Source: Phoronis australis (Eukaryota; Animalia; Phoronida). Taken from it: DNA of 64,000 nucleotides. Shown here in pieces: positions 53,228 through 64,000 of this stretch (positions are counted from its first letter, which is position 1; each line of letters opens with the position of its first letter). The DNA lies in the NCBI GenBank assembly GCA_002633005.1, contig NMRA01000213.1, positions 550,996-614,995 of the forward strand, given 5' to 3'. The notes below the pieces were generated by a model that did not search any database, was not told the origin of the DNA, and worked only from the letters and a program-made list of their open reading frames with translations. A program made the translations under genes and the position numbers.

Positions 53228-53884
53228 GTAAGTCATAAGGAAACTACACTATAATTGCAAAGTTAAACTGTTCTTGCGGCTGATTAAGAACCAGTCTGAA
53301 CTCATTGTTATGAAAAACTCAAACGACGACACATCTTTGGATCCTCGTTTTGTTAAAGTTCTCAAAGAAGCATATAGCGTGGGAAGTAAAGTAAATTCTA
53401 AAACGCTTATTTTACGAGGTCATCTGTGGTAATTATAACAAATTGCCAGCTGTCACGTAGTGTAGCCTCGTTTGAGGTGGAATGTTACACATCTATCAGT
53501 TTTAAAAAAATAGTAAATTGATGAAAAACACAGCTAGCGCTTTATTTTAGACGTTGGTTTATTTCTTCAGATAAACAAAATGCCCTGTGCGATACTCGAA
53601 TTGATAATATTCACAAAATGTGAGAGCACGGACAGGAGCTGGCATCTTTAACAAACTACTGGTTTTAGCCTAAACTACGTGGTAGTGCAGTAGCCAAGTG
53701 TCATCTAGATACAAACAAAGACCGTGAGAGAGTTAATGTATTTTTGAACCCTCGTATCTGATGTAGACGTTTACTTGAATGGCATTGTTCTTGAGGGTAT
53801 ATGGACTCTTTTAAGCAACCTCATCGAAAGCCTTCGTACACATAATTTTAGTTTGACGAGCATTTTATTCAATCATATTTGTAG

Positions 53885-54160
53885 CTACAGAGGTCGCTTG
53901 TGAGCGTAAAGAAGCATCCCCAAAGTGCTCCAGTGGCGTAATAGAAGTAACTTTTGCACTGTACGGGAGGCAAGACACAACGACGTGCCATGACAATAAT
54001 ATGGCGAACACAAATTGCACAGCATCCGGTTTTCTTGCTAAAGCACAGTCTGCTTGTGATGGCCATGTCACGTGTTCAGTAAAAGGGTCACACGCTCATT
54101 ATGGAATTCCAGACCCGTGCCACGGGACGCACAAATACATCACAATCGCTTACCTGTGCA
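53885..54160 (+). CDS. Exon: SUEL / rhamnose-galactose-binding lectin domain
   Basis: tttgtag|CT..TGCA|gtacg. ACE..C..ALYGR..C..C..CDG..C..DPCHGTHKYITIAYLC matches the SUEL signature. Confidence 0.93.
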
Positions 54161-54511
54161 GTACGTATATGTTTATACACAAGCGGAGACAACCTAGATT
54201 CCCATCTCTTTCAGATTAGAAATGACTTCCGATTTTGAGAAGAGCTGAAAGATTGTTCTTGCTTGAGACCGTGCAAAAATGACCAGCCTGGTTAACTAAG
54301 GGCTTATAAATTGCTGCTGTTTCGTAGCCGAATCTGCGTTTTGCTTCAGCCACACCAGCATACACGTATATTTTCATGAATGTAACTGACTAGCAAAAGA
54401 ATTAGTAATTATTAAGACCACATAAGTGAATACAAGTCAAGGCTCAGCTACTACTACCTACAATATTTGACACTATTCATTGTTTATACTCTGGGTGGTG
54501 TTTTGCTTTAG

Positions 54512-54772
54512 GACTGCCAACGAATTCATTCCAAGTTTACTCTACCGAAAACGTGACCATGACCGGGAACAATATAACGACGGTAAGCGCGTCCAGCGAA
54601 CATGCCTGTGCCTCTTACTGTGCTAATGACACTCAGTGTAAATCCGCAGACTACACACCTGCCACATCCGATTGCGTATTCAAAACTGCAAACGATTCGC
54701 TGTCAACATTCAACTACGACACAATACGGACACAATCTGGAGTCAAGCATTTGGAGTTTCAATTCACCGATG
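54512..54772 (+). CDS. Exon: PAN/apple domain 2 (GC donor)
   Basis: gctttag|GA..GATG|gcaagt. SEHACASYCANDTQCKSADY..DC..HLEFQ. Confidence 0.85.
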
Positions 54773-54944
54773 GCAAGTCAAATTCTACTTACAGTTCATT
54801 TAGACTGTGTATCAGGCATCATTCTGGGTACATGTAAATGGTCTCCCACAGTAACTTACCAGCAGATATATTTATGAATGAGTATATTGAAGTAATGGTG
54901 GTAATGGCGATTATAATAAATGTGGTGGTGATTAATGTGACAAG

Positions 54945-54988
<44 letters not shown>

Positions 54989-55000
54989 TGATGATGATGA
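54945..55000. repeat. (GAC)n(GAT)n microsatellite, intronic
   Basis: Compound trinucleotide run just upstream of the acceptor at 55025. Confidence 0.95.
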
Positions 55001-55025
55001 TATTAGTGGTTTGGATTGTTTTCAG

Positions 55026-55206
55026 AAACTGGTTGTCCAAGAGGCTGGACTATGATTGGGAACAGAAGGTGTTTTGTTGTTGCCGGCTCCAGCACATTAT
55101 CTGTCACGCAAATGCAAGCCTTCGAGTACTGCGCGAGTAGAGGGGCCCTACTCGCCGTGATGGACTCTTTTGTGGAGCAGGATGGGATAACAACATTAAT
55201 AAAAAT
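55026..55206 (+). CDS. Exon: C-type lectin domain 2, N-terminal half
   Basis: ttttcag|AA..AAAT|gtgag (phase 1-2). CPRGW..RCF..A.EYC..GALLA....E. Confidence 0.9.
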
Positions 55207-55787
55207 GTGAGAAATGGTTGATTTGTGTATCGTTAAATTTACAGAAGTTGCATTTTCATTATAACGCCCAATGAGTCTAGCAATTTACATCCATCCAAGT
55301 TCTTCCACAGCAGTACAAAAGAGAGTGCGAAACACACTTCCCGGAAGAAACATTGCTGTTGTTACATTATAGATGTTGTAGTACTTCTTTTTTGGTTTGG
55401 AAATGCGATCAATCGCTGGCGTCAAAACATCCTTCGCGGGCACTTAGCCTGTTTTCGCTATCACACAATGTCGCCTGCGCAAAGATTTGTGGTAAATCCT
55501 CAAGTGCCGAGACTTCCCAGGTGTACAGTTTACAGCCGGAACCACAATGAAAATGCATGCCACATAGTTGTTAATGTGTGTTTGTGAAAAGATAAGTGGA
55601 ATTTGTGGATGTACTGTAAAATGATTTCGGTTAGACGGTGAACGTATTAATCGGTATTGAATTGGTTACTGTTCTTTACTTCATTTGAAAACCAAAAACA
55701 GGTCAAGCTTTTCTGCAATGAATAAACCTGTTACACTGCTCTTCATTTGAAGGATACCCTAATGAATCAGGTTCCTTATTTTTCCAG

Positions 55788-56035
55788 GTACGCCGCGTCT
55801 CATGACATCGTTGTTGCAAATTATTGGATGGGAATTACTAAAATTAACTCGACATTTTCCGGAAACTGGAGCACATATAACGGCAACATATTCAACAACA
55901 GTTTTACCAACTGGCGGAGTGGTGAGCCAAATGAAAGGGAAAACACTTGTGTCAAGATGAATTGCAAGGACCATGGTTGTAAATGGGAAGATGCGAGCTG
56001 CAGCGAACAAAACAACATAGTATGCGAAATGGAAG
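55788..56035 (+). CDS. Exon: C-type lectin domain 2, C-terminal half (EPN motif)
   Basis: ttttccag|G..GAAG|gtgtg. YWMG..FTNWRSGEPNERENTCV..WEDASC..IVCE. Confidence 0.92.
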
Positions 56036-56679
56036 GTGTGTTTATGTAGAGGTTATTATGCCATGTCGCATCCAGCTCGGTCCTAGAAGCTCCGCGGATA
56101 TCATATTTATTTCCATAATTAGAAGCAGAGCAGTGATGAGACAGGTATAACAGATTAGTGCATTATTAATATCACAATTGATTTTTTGTATTTTCAGCTA
56201 TCATTTCCTTTTCTTTTTAGTCGATGTCAGACAAGGTCGAATATTAAGGTCCCACACCTAGGTCGTACAAAACGATGACCACAGACACTTGACTATGACC
56301 GCTGTCTTTATAAGAGCAAAAGTGCGACTTACATGAAGATAAATTTGCCCCCAACAACTTCATGAGCCATTTTTATAAACGGGGTGACTCTAAATGTTTA
56401 ATACGCGTTAGTGAATCTGCAAATACGATAACATCGGATCATTGATCAAACGCTTCACCTTTGGTAAGTTATTAAAGTGTGTGGAGGTCTGTAAAGGGCT
56501 TTCGTCATTCAGAGATCCGAATGACAAATGCACGTACACGTTTATTTTTTTGCCTAAAGTCTACTCGGGATCCTGGAGAGGAGACGTCCAACGTACATGT
56601 AGTGTTCTTTAACAGTGTGAAATGTAGAAAGATCTTACCATTGTACTGCATGAGTTGCATACATGTTCACTGCTTTTAG

Positions 56680-56886
56680 CTCAGGGACCCATCAAAGGGG
56701 GCTGGGGTGAGTTCGGACCTTGGACGTCGTGTTTACTAAGTGAGAATCGCACGCGAACCAAAATGTGCAATAATCCAGCACCAAGTGGCGGCGGCTCCTA
56801 TTGCCAGGAAAACAGCTCTAATACGGAGACCCAGTCTTGTCCAACTCAGGCAAAGTTGAGGATGAGCTATTACGACGAAGTCTCTG
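56680..56886 (+). CDS. Exon: TSP1 repeat plus linker
   Basis: cttttag|CT..TCTG|gtaag. GGWGEFGPWTSC..RTRTKMCNNPAPSGGGSYC..ETQSC. Confidence 0.88.
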
Positions 56887-57896
56887 GTAAGAACATCATA
56901 AAACTCGTCGCTGGTTTATAGGGTTCTTATTGAAACAACACGTGCTCCCGCTGTGTGCATTTCTGATTTGCATCGTTTTGCATACATAGCTAATCAACTC
57001 GCCTGAAATTCCAGTCATCATGGGACTGCGATCAACGGCACCTGTCCACACGCACTTCATCAAAGTAGCTTAATAAACTGCATAATTTTGACTGAAGTAT
57101 CAACAGTGTGACGCTCCTGATACCATTGTTTGGTTGTATATGGAATTTTCTCTATAATTTTAAAATCGACTATTTACTTAAGTACTGGTGTTTGGTCTGA
57201 CTACAATTCTATGGGAAGCATTAGCATGTCGGAGACAACAGAGTTCCTGCACGCCCTTCTTTATCTCGTATCAATACACCAATTGAAAAATAAGAATATT
57301 ATTAACAAATCATGGTTGGGCGAATTACAAATACATGCTGCCTTCGCAAGTCATGTGAATACACTTTAACGAAGCAGAACTTCTTGTGTTCATCAGGGGA
57401 CTGTTTCATGAAAGTGATCTTTGTGCTCACGAGGTTAATAACTATTCACTCACCGTGTACTATTAACCAGCGTTAAGCGTTTTATTTTGATGTTGATATC
57501 GCTTAGAAACTAAATCTTTTAAAGACTGAGTGCAATGTGAAGAAAATTTGACTGGTCTACCTGTGATAGCAATACCTTCATTTGTTAATTAGATGTTTAT
57601 CGATGTTTTCGCTAAACGAATGTACCCCTAAGTTTAATCTTGTGGCGGGGAAAGTGAGATGCCTTTGGCGTGTATGAGACAACAGACGGTCCTGTACGCC
57701 CTTCTTTATCCATGCTCGTATCAATACACCAATTGAAATATTAGAATATTTCAAACAAATCATGGTTGGGCGAATAAAAAATGCATGCTGCCATCGGAGG
57801 TCATGTGGTTGTTTATAAAGAAATAGGCAATACTTTGTGTCACAAATCATAAAAGTGCGCGTACCTGACAGTCGAAAATACGTTATTTTCTTTAAG

Positions 57897-58181
57897 CAAT
57901 CGAATATGGGTGCTATGTCGACAGTGATCGGCGAGATCTCCCAAATAGGCCTAACACTACAATACCTGAACTTACTCCATCAAAGTGCCGGGAAGCGTGT
58001 CAGGATACCGGCTACAATTACGCAGCGGTTCAAGCTGGCTACCAATGTTTCTGTGGCAACTCTTATGGTAGCAAGGGCAAAGCTTCCAACTCTGAGTGTA
58101 GTTTTGATTGTAAAGGTGACAGAACGCAGAAGTGTGGTGGGTCGTGGAGAAACTGGGTGATGCAAGCTACAACAGGGGCAG
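57897..58181 (+). CDS. Exon: WSC domain 1
   Basis: ttttctttaag|CA..GCAG|gtacg. YGCYVD..LTPSKCREACQDTGYNYAAVQAGYQCFCGN..ECSFDCKGD..KCGG. The ORF track shows only an off-frame ORF here. Confidence 0.92.
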
Positions 58182-58711
58182 GTACGTGAATACACTTAAA
58201 CGTAGCAGTGCGTTTTGTGTTCAGCAGGGGAATGCTTCATGAAAATGCTATTTGTGGTCACCAGTTTAATAACTGTTCACTCGCCACGTACTCTTAACCA
58301 GCGTTAAACGTTTTATTTTGATGTTCATATCGCTCAGATAATAAATCCTTCAAAGACTGAGTTCAATGTGAAGGAAATTTGACTGGTTTACCTGTGACAG
58401 CAATACCTCCATTTGCCAATTAGATGTTTGTCGGTATTTTTCCTTGACGACAATGTTCCCCTAAGTTTAATCATGTGGCGGGGAAAGTGAGATACCTTTG
58501 GCGTGTCTGAGACAACAGACGGTCATGTACGCCCTTCTTATCCATGCTCGTATCAATACACCAATTGAAATATTAGAATATTTCAAACAAATCATGGTTG
58601 GGTGAATAAAAAATGCATGCTGCCATCGGAGGTCACGTGGTTGCTTACTTTGTGTCACAAATCATAAAAGTGCGCGCACCTGGCAGTCAAAAATACTTTA
58701 TTTTCTTTAAG

Positions 58712-58990
58712 CAATCGAATATGGGTGCTATGTCGACAGTAAGTCGCGAGATATCCCACATAAGTCTGAAATACGTGAACTTACTCCATCAAAGTGCCGG
58801 AAAGCGTGTCAGGATACCGGCTACAATTACGCAGCGGTTCAAGCTGGCTTCCAATGTTTCTGTGGCAACTCTTATGGTAGCAAGGGCAAAGCTTCCGACT
58901 CTGAGTGTAGTTCTGATTGTGAAGGTGACAAAACGCAGAAGTGTGGTGGGTCGTGGAGAAACTGGGTGATGCAAGCTACAACAGGGGCAG
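58712..58990 (+). CDS. Exon: WSC domain 2
   Basis: Same splice sites as WSC1, 279 nt, intact frame, all 8 Cys retained. Confidence 0.92.
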
Positions 58991-59927
58991 GTACGTGGAT
59001 ACACTTTAACGTAGCAGTACGTTTTGTGTTCAGCAGGGGAATGCTTCATGAAAATGCTCTTTGTGGTCACCAGGTTAATAACTGTTCACTCGCCATGTAC
59101 TCTTAACCAGCGTTAAACGTTTTATTTTGATGTTCATATCGCTCAGATAATAAATCCTTCAAAGACTGAGTTCATTGTGAAGGAAATTTGACTGGTTTAC
59201 CTGTGACAGCAATACCTCCATTTGCCAATTAGATGTTTGTCGGTATTTTTGCTTGACGACAATGTTCCCCTAAGTTTAATCATGTGGCGGGGAAAGTTAG
59301 GTGAGTTTACCTACATGTAAAGCGTAAACTGACATTTTGAAAAATAGTAAAGCGTTGTTTACCGGAAACACCTTAGCGGCATGCAGTGGGTATCATGACG
59401 GTGGGGTATAAAAACCAGGCTGAAGACTTAAACTCGGCTTTCTTAAACCTGAGATGTACTGTAACTTGCATTTCACCATCGTGGTTTAAAATCCTGAAAG
59501 TCAGTTTTGTCGAGACCAGGGAGCGGATTTGGTAAAACCAGTTATAAAGAATTATGGGATCTTACTGTTCGATCTGCCACGGCGTTAACTCGACAATGAC
59601 GCTATTGAAGTGCTTAATGGAACCAGGTGGGTCTGTTAACAATAACATCAGTAGAGGTCTGGCAAATGTTCTTCTGAGGAACTAGGTTTCTTTACCGTAG
59701 AGAATAGGCCTATTTTTTAGAGAATCATAAAACTTACGCCAATTCGTCTCAATGTAAATAACAAGTTTGGATAACTATTGTTTCAGTCACCTTGGTTGCA
59801 TAGATCCTGGGACAGTTAAAGAAATTTTGGAGATGCTAAAACATGAAAGCCAAACAAAATTTCATCTGAAAACAACACAGTGAAGGACGCAGTGGCCTCC
59901 AACATTTTTTTTCTGATAACTGCACCC

Positions 59928-59974
<47 letters not shown>
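59928..59974. repeat. (CA)n microsatellite
   Basis: Pure dinucleotide run. Confidence 0.97.
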
Positions 59975-59977
<3 letters not shown>

Positions 59978-60668
59978 AACCCATGATAAGTCGCAACGCA
60001 ATCAATGCCATTTTACCTGTCATTTTTGCTACTTATTTTTTGGTGGTCTGGCCCGGTTTTCCCTAAATCCGCTACTGGGACTAAAAGAGGTGAACCTCAG
60101 TGTGAAGCATCAAGTGGTGTTAAACCTCATTGGAGATGTTGCCGTCTTTAGTCCTACATGACGACGAAAATCTGTCCAATCATTCGTATTCTTAGGAATC
60201 ACGGTGCAAGTGGTACTGGTCTACTGTACGTTTGAATGAGCTTGTTGTCGTAAAAGTGAAAATATTCCACTATCGCTCTAAAATTGCGTCCGTGATGCAC
60301 TCCGCGTCGTCGTTTTTCAGGCACATGGTTGAGCACAACTGTATCGTAGAGGTCTTTCAACTTTAACCTGCGTCTGACCAAGACTTAAGTTAAACTTTGC
60401 TTTTGATATTGGGCTAAGGAAATCAGCCCTGGGTTATTATTTATGCTGGAATTAAACCAGGTTCTAGATGACAACTGGACTAAAAGTCATGTCGCTTAAA
60501 TGCAGGTTATCTTTAAACGTGGTCCATTCCTAATGTAGAACAAGTTTTACTTGAAACCATTTTGATGAATGCTCCAGACGCGAAACAACAAATAGTATGT
60601 TGGCATCAAATGACTTAATCCATCATTTTGCATTCTGTGATTTTAATACCTGCTTTGTATCATTTCAG

Positions 60669-60935
60669 TATGTAGTGGTACTGACAGATTCCAACTAATT
60701 ATTGTTGACAAAGTGGCATTTAGCGGACATGCCATTGAAACGGTCAGTAATGTCGACAGTGAACTAAACTGCGCCATTTTGTGCCTGAATGACGCAGAGT
60801 GCCAGTCTGCGGATTACTCCAGTGTGTCGTCCACGTGCACTTTCTTAGATGTCACGTGGGATAACCAGATGTTGTCTTCCAATTCCTTGGCAGAGAAGTC
60901 TCAGATGGCGCATTTAGAATTTCAATGTTCCTTAG
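60669..60935 (+). CDS. Exon: PAN/apple domain 3
   Basis: catttcag|TA..TTAG|gtaaa. SELNCAILCLNDAECQSADY..TC..HLEFQC. Confidence 0.88.
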
Positions 60936-61963
60936 GTAAAATATCATCAAAATAATTTGACACCTTTATAGGCTTTGCAAAATCAAATAGAAAACGAAAA
61001 GCCAAGAGTACAATGAATCCATATCCGCAAGGAAAGGGCAGCCAGTGAGATTCGTTGCTGTTGATAAATGAGTCCACAATGCAATAAAGTTGCTTGCCCT
61101 CGCAGTCAGTGTTGGGAACGGGACAAGAAACGAAATGAAATAGCAGTACATTTCGAAAACAAAACCGATCTTAATCTTTCTTGTCTCTAGTTTTGCTTCA
61201 ATAAGCCTGAAAATTTGTTAGGTTTTTGTGCTGCACATTTCATTTGCTAGTCTCTGGTGGGTTGCTGGTGAAATGAGGTTGGTATTCACGTGCTCATCGA
61301 CTGGACATGCGCCTGTATGGTGTCTTTTTTTTGTTTTCAGTTGTTTCCGTACACAGTATATCATTTATTAAATTGTATGAAATGTACCTACTCAACAATT
61401 TATTTCATCATCTGACTTTTTTGAAAAAGTGGTCTCAGATATATGGATTTTGTTGTACCTCGAATGAGCATTTAACAGATAGCATGATAGTCGTCATATG
61501 GTAGAGTTGTAGAATCCTCTGTCGTTCGGCGCAAGCAACATCGCTAGTAGACGTATAGGCCCTACAGTATGTTTGATATTCTGAGATAACTTCATTTCAA
61601 GAGTATTTGGAGCGGACGAAACTTGTGCTCACCACAGATGTTAGTAACCAACAGTGGAGTATTCAGGGTGTGGTAGGGGACACTCCATAACCGTCCAGGA
61701 TCAAGTTGTCTACGTACATGTAAGCCATAAAAATGGAACTGCCAGCGCCATCCTTTTCGCCAGGAATTCGACTTTTAGTAGATAGCTGCCAGCTTTTCAA
61801 GCAAAGATCACTTGCGTCCAGTTTCGTTGATTCTAGATTAGATGACTCATATCCGTCAAATCCATGCTTTGTGATGCGCAAGTGTCTGTTTTTACTGTGC
61901 AGAAAAGTCAGTGTACACATGTGTACGTTACGACATCTTTCAGATCACCAATGTATTTTGCAG

Positions 61964-62144
61964 ATCTGGGCTGCCCACCTGGGTTCCATCTTTACGACAA
62001 CTCCAAATGCTACGCTTTAACAGGATCAGATTCTCTGAAGGTAGCCTTCACAGAAGCGATAGACTATTGCTACGCCAGGGCAAGTCAACCGGTGTTTGTA
62101 GACGACGTCGAAGAGAAGAATGACATAATTGCTTTTACAAATAA
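61964..62144 (+). CDS. Exon: C-type lectin domain 3, N-terminal half
   Basis: ttttgcag|AT..AATAA|gtacg (phase 1-2). CPPGF..KCY..EA.DYC..V....EE. Same 181 nt as 55026-55206. Confidence 0.9.
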
Positions 62145-62399
62145 GTACGTTAAACAATACATATGCTGGACATTTTGAGCGAAACCACTTAGAAAAAAAC
62201 AACAAACAGAGTTGTATGTGTTGTATACGTGTAGGCAAAGTGAGACAAATGTATCACTTGCTGAAATCGTTGTACGACTCTTAATCTATTTTGTAGTTCG
62301 AGAATGTATTGTTGTCTAAGCTTAACGTTCGACAACCTTTAGGGCGTGGTATAGACGAAATTTTCTTTTTAGGACCGACCATTACTTTAAGTTTTTAAG

Positions 62400-62600
62400 A
62401 GCCTGAGACACCCAACAGAATGTTGTAACCTCAATCGCTGACACTCTCAGCCGCGTACTTGTGTCCTTGAGCCAGATATTTTACTTTTGTAGCTGCAGTC
62501 GATGTGCATGTATTAGTCGCGGCTGGAAAGTAACCCGTGGACCAGTGCACTGCTGGCAGTGTTCCGTCCGGGCTCATGCTATCGAAACAGAAGTCAATTA
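62400..62600 (+). mobile_element. Degenerate SINE-like fragment
   Basis: ttgtgtccttgagc.agata.tttac and ctcatgctatcgaaac resemble conserved central blocks of invertebrate tRNA-derived SINEs (recalled consensus, not searched). Confidence 0.35.
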
Positions 62601-63113
62601 CATGTACCTGTCCAATGAGTATGGCGATTCATGAAAGATTAGCTTTGTTATTATCGAGAGTACGCTAGTGCTTAGATAACCGTGTCCTTAAGTAATCCTG
62701 TACCCATGCCTGCTGTTCAGACATGAACTGAAAGTTTGTTTGGTACTAGTTACTTCATATCCATTTATAACGCGGCTTCGTCAAAGATTACTTCTTAAAT
62801 GTTTGCTAATGAAACATCCCGTGTTTCAATTCATTAAGATTCCCCTGAAAATCACTTACCGGAGTTTCGCTTCTTGTGTATTCCTCATTGTTAGTTGTTT
62901 ATCATCATCGGGGAAACATTACCCCCTGCAACCGCCTTGGGGGTAATAGCGTGGGTGGCGATAAGTATAACGAGAGTTTCATAATTTCCATGGTTCTTGT
63001 TTGCCATTCATCTTTTATTGTATATCCAGTTGTTTAAACTGTTAATAACAGATATTTTATTAGAAATAAAAAACTTGGCATTTGTAATATTATTAGTGAC
63101 GCTATCTTTCTAG

Positions 63114-63355
63114 GTACGCATCATCTGTAGGAAGTGCTGTGGAGATGTACTGGTTGGGAATGCAGCAAGTGCAAGTAAATAACACCACTAAGTGGTATCT
63201 ATTGAACAAGACCGAATTTAATAACAACAGCTACACCTACTGGAGAAACGGCGAACCGTCACACGATTGCGCACTAATGAACTGCAAGGAACAAAACTGC
63301 CAATGGGAAGGCGTAGACTGTGGTTCACGTCACCATATAATATGTGAAAGAGAAG
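63114..63355 (+). CDS. Exon: C-type lectin domain 3, C-terminal half (EPS motif)
   Basis: ctttctag|G..GAAG|gtacg. YWLG..YTYWRNGEPSHDCALMNC..WEGVDC..IICE. Confidence 0.92.
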
Positions 63356-63776
63356 GTACGTTGGATCGACTCAGTGTGGGCGTGTCTTGCCTGCTCTTTA
63401 TATTGGATTGTAAATGCAGTTCGACATCTCAGCGGTAAACGTTCTGGCTAAAAAATATTTTTCAGTGGTAATCAAATAAACATTTGGAGAACCATCAGTG
63501 TGTAGCCTCTTGCTAGATCTTCTTCTATCCTTTTACGCCAAATGAAATTGTATTAGCAGCCAGATGTACATACATGACTGATTCTGTTTCCCATAACTTG
63601 GATGTTTTCAGATATTCCCTCTAAGCAGTTTAAAAAGTAGGCTTACAATGTACTTCCTGGTAGGAGCAATTACAGCTTTGTGCTCGCTCGGCTATCTGTT
63701 TAACTATTAACAATATACAATGGTAAAAAACTGTGTAAAGAGATCGGACAGTGCATCTTTAAAACTTATTTTACAG

Positions 63777-63980
63777 CGTTTAGAATAATGGGAGGTTGGA
63801 CGCAAGTGCGTTGGAACGGTCCTTGCGTGCCGTGCGGTAAACGGACTCTATTTGCTCAGTGTGACAACCCACCGCCAGTGAATGGAGGCTATTGTAACGA
63901 CACGTCGTTGACGGCTACGTATGAGGAGGACTACTGTTATTGCCCCGGGACGGAGACGGTGGAATATTATGCAAATATCT
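63777..63980 (+). CDS. Exon: divergent TSP1 repeat plus linker; gene continues beyond the window
   Basis: ttttacag|CG..ATCT|gtaag. GGWTQVRW.GPC..CG.R..QCDNPPPVNGGYC. Confidence 0.8.
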
Positions 63981-64000
63981 GTAAGTGACCATGATTTGCC

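Larger units (their letters stand above)
57357..59297. repeat. Tandem duplication, unit about 810-830 bp, about 2.4 copies, each full copy containing a WSC exon
   Basis: Intron and exon sequence repeats from ~57357, ~58188 and ~58997. A smaller degenerate piece lies at ~57225-57345. Confidence 0.92.

Noticed and set aside
54819-55140. Poly-Thr / poly-Val ORFs suggesting a mucin stalk or TM helix
   Set aside because: Translation of an intronic (GAC)n(GAT)n microsatellite between two well-defined exons.
57944-57960. TAGGCCTA as a transposon footprint explaining the 6-bp indel between the WSC copies
   Set aside because: An alignment placing the indel at AACACT needs fewer substitutions, so the footprint reading is not supported.
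57837-58969. ORFs 57837-58160 and 58613-58969 as proteins
   Set aside because: They are off-frame readings of the WSC exons; the Cys-rich WSC frame has proper splice sites.

Overview
Animal (probably marine invertebrate) genomic DNA, AT-rich, with a sequence gap at 48821-49657. None of the six-frame ORFs is a whole gene. The + strand carries about 24 spliced exons of one very large, or two paralogous, extracellular mosaic proteins built mostly from glycan-binding and adhesion modules: F5/8C-TSP1x4-linker-PAN-CTL-F5/8C-TSP1-(decayed TSP1 exon) ... SUEL-PAN-CTL-TSP1-WSC-WSC-PAN-CTL-TSP1. All domain boundaries are phase 1, two introns have GC-AG splice sites, and the coding sequence is open at both window edges. 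The two tandem WSC exons differ only by amino-acid-changing substitutions. The introns hold a nested stack of DNA transposons (Tc1/pogo-like > P/THAP-like > Mutator-like), a Kolobok-like TTAA element, MITEs and a 5'-truncated CR1/L2-type LINE. They also hold three palindromic Penelope-like retroelement remnants with minimal hammerhead ribozyme motifs, and a large excess of TACATGTA, which looks like a Tc1/mariner excision footprint. Coordinates were read by eye and may be off by a few bases. No database search was possible, so novelty is unverified.
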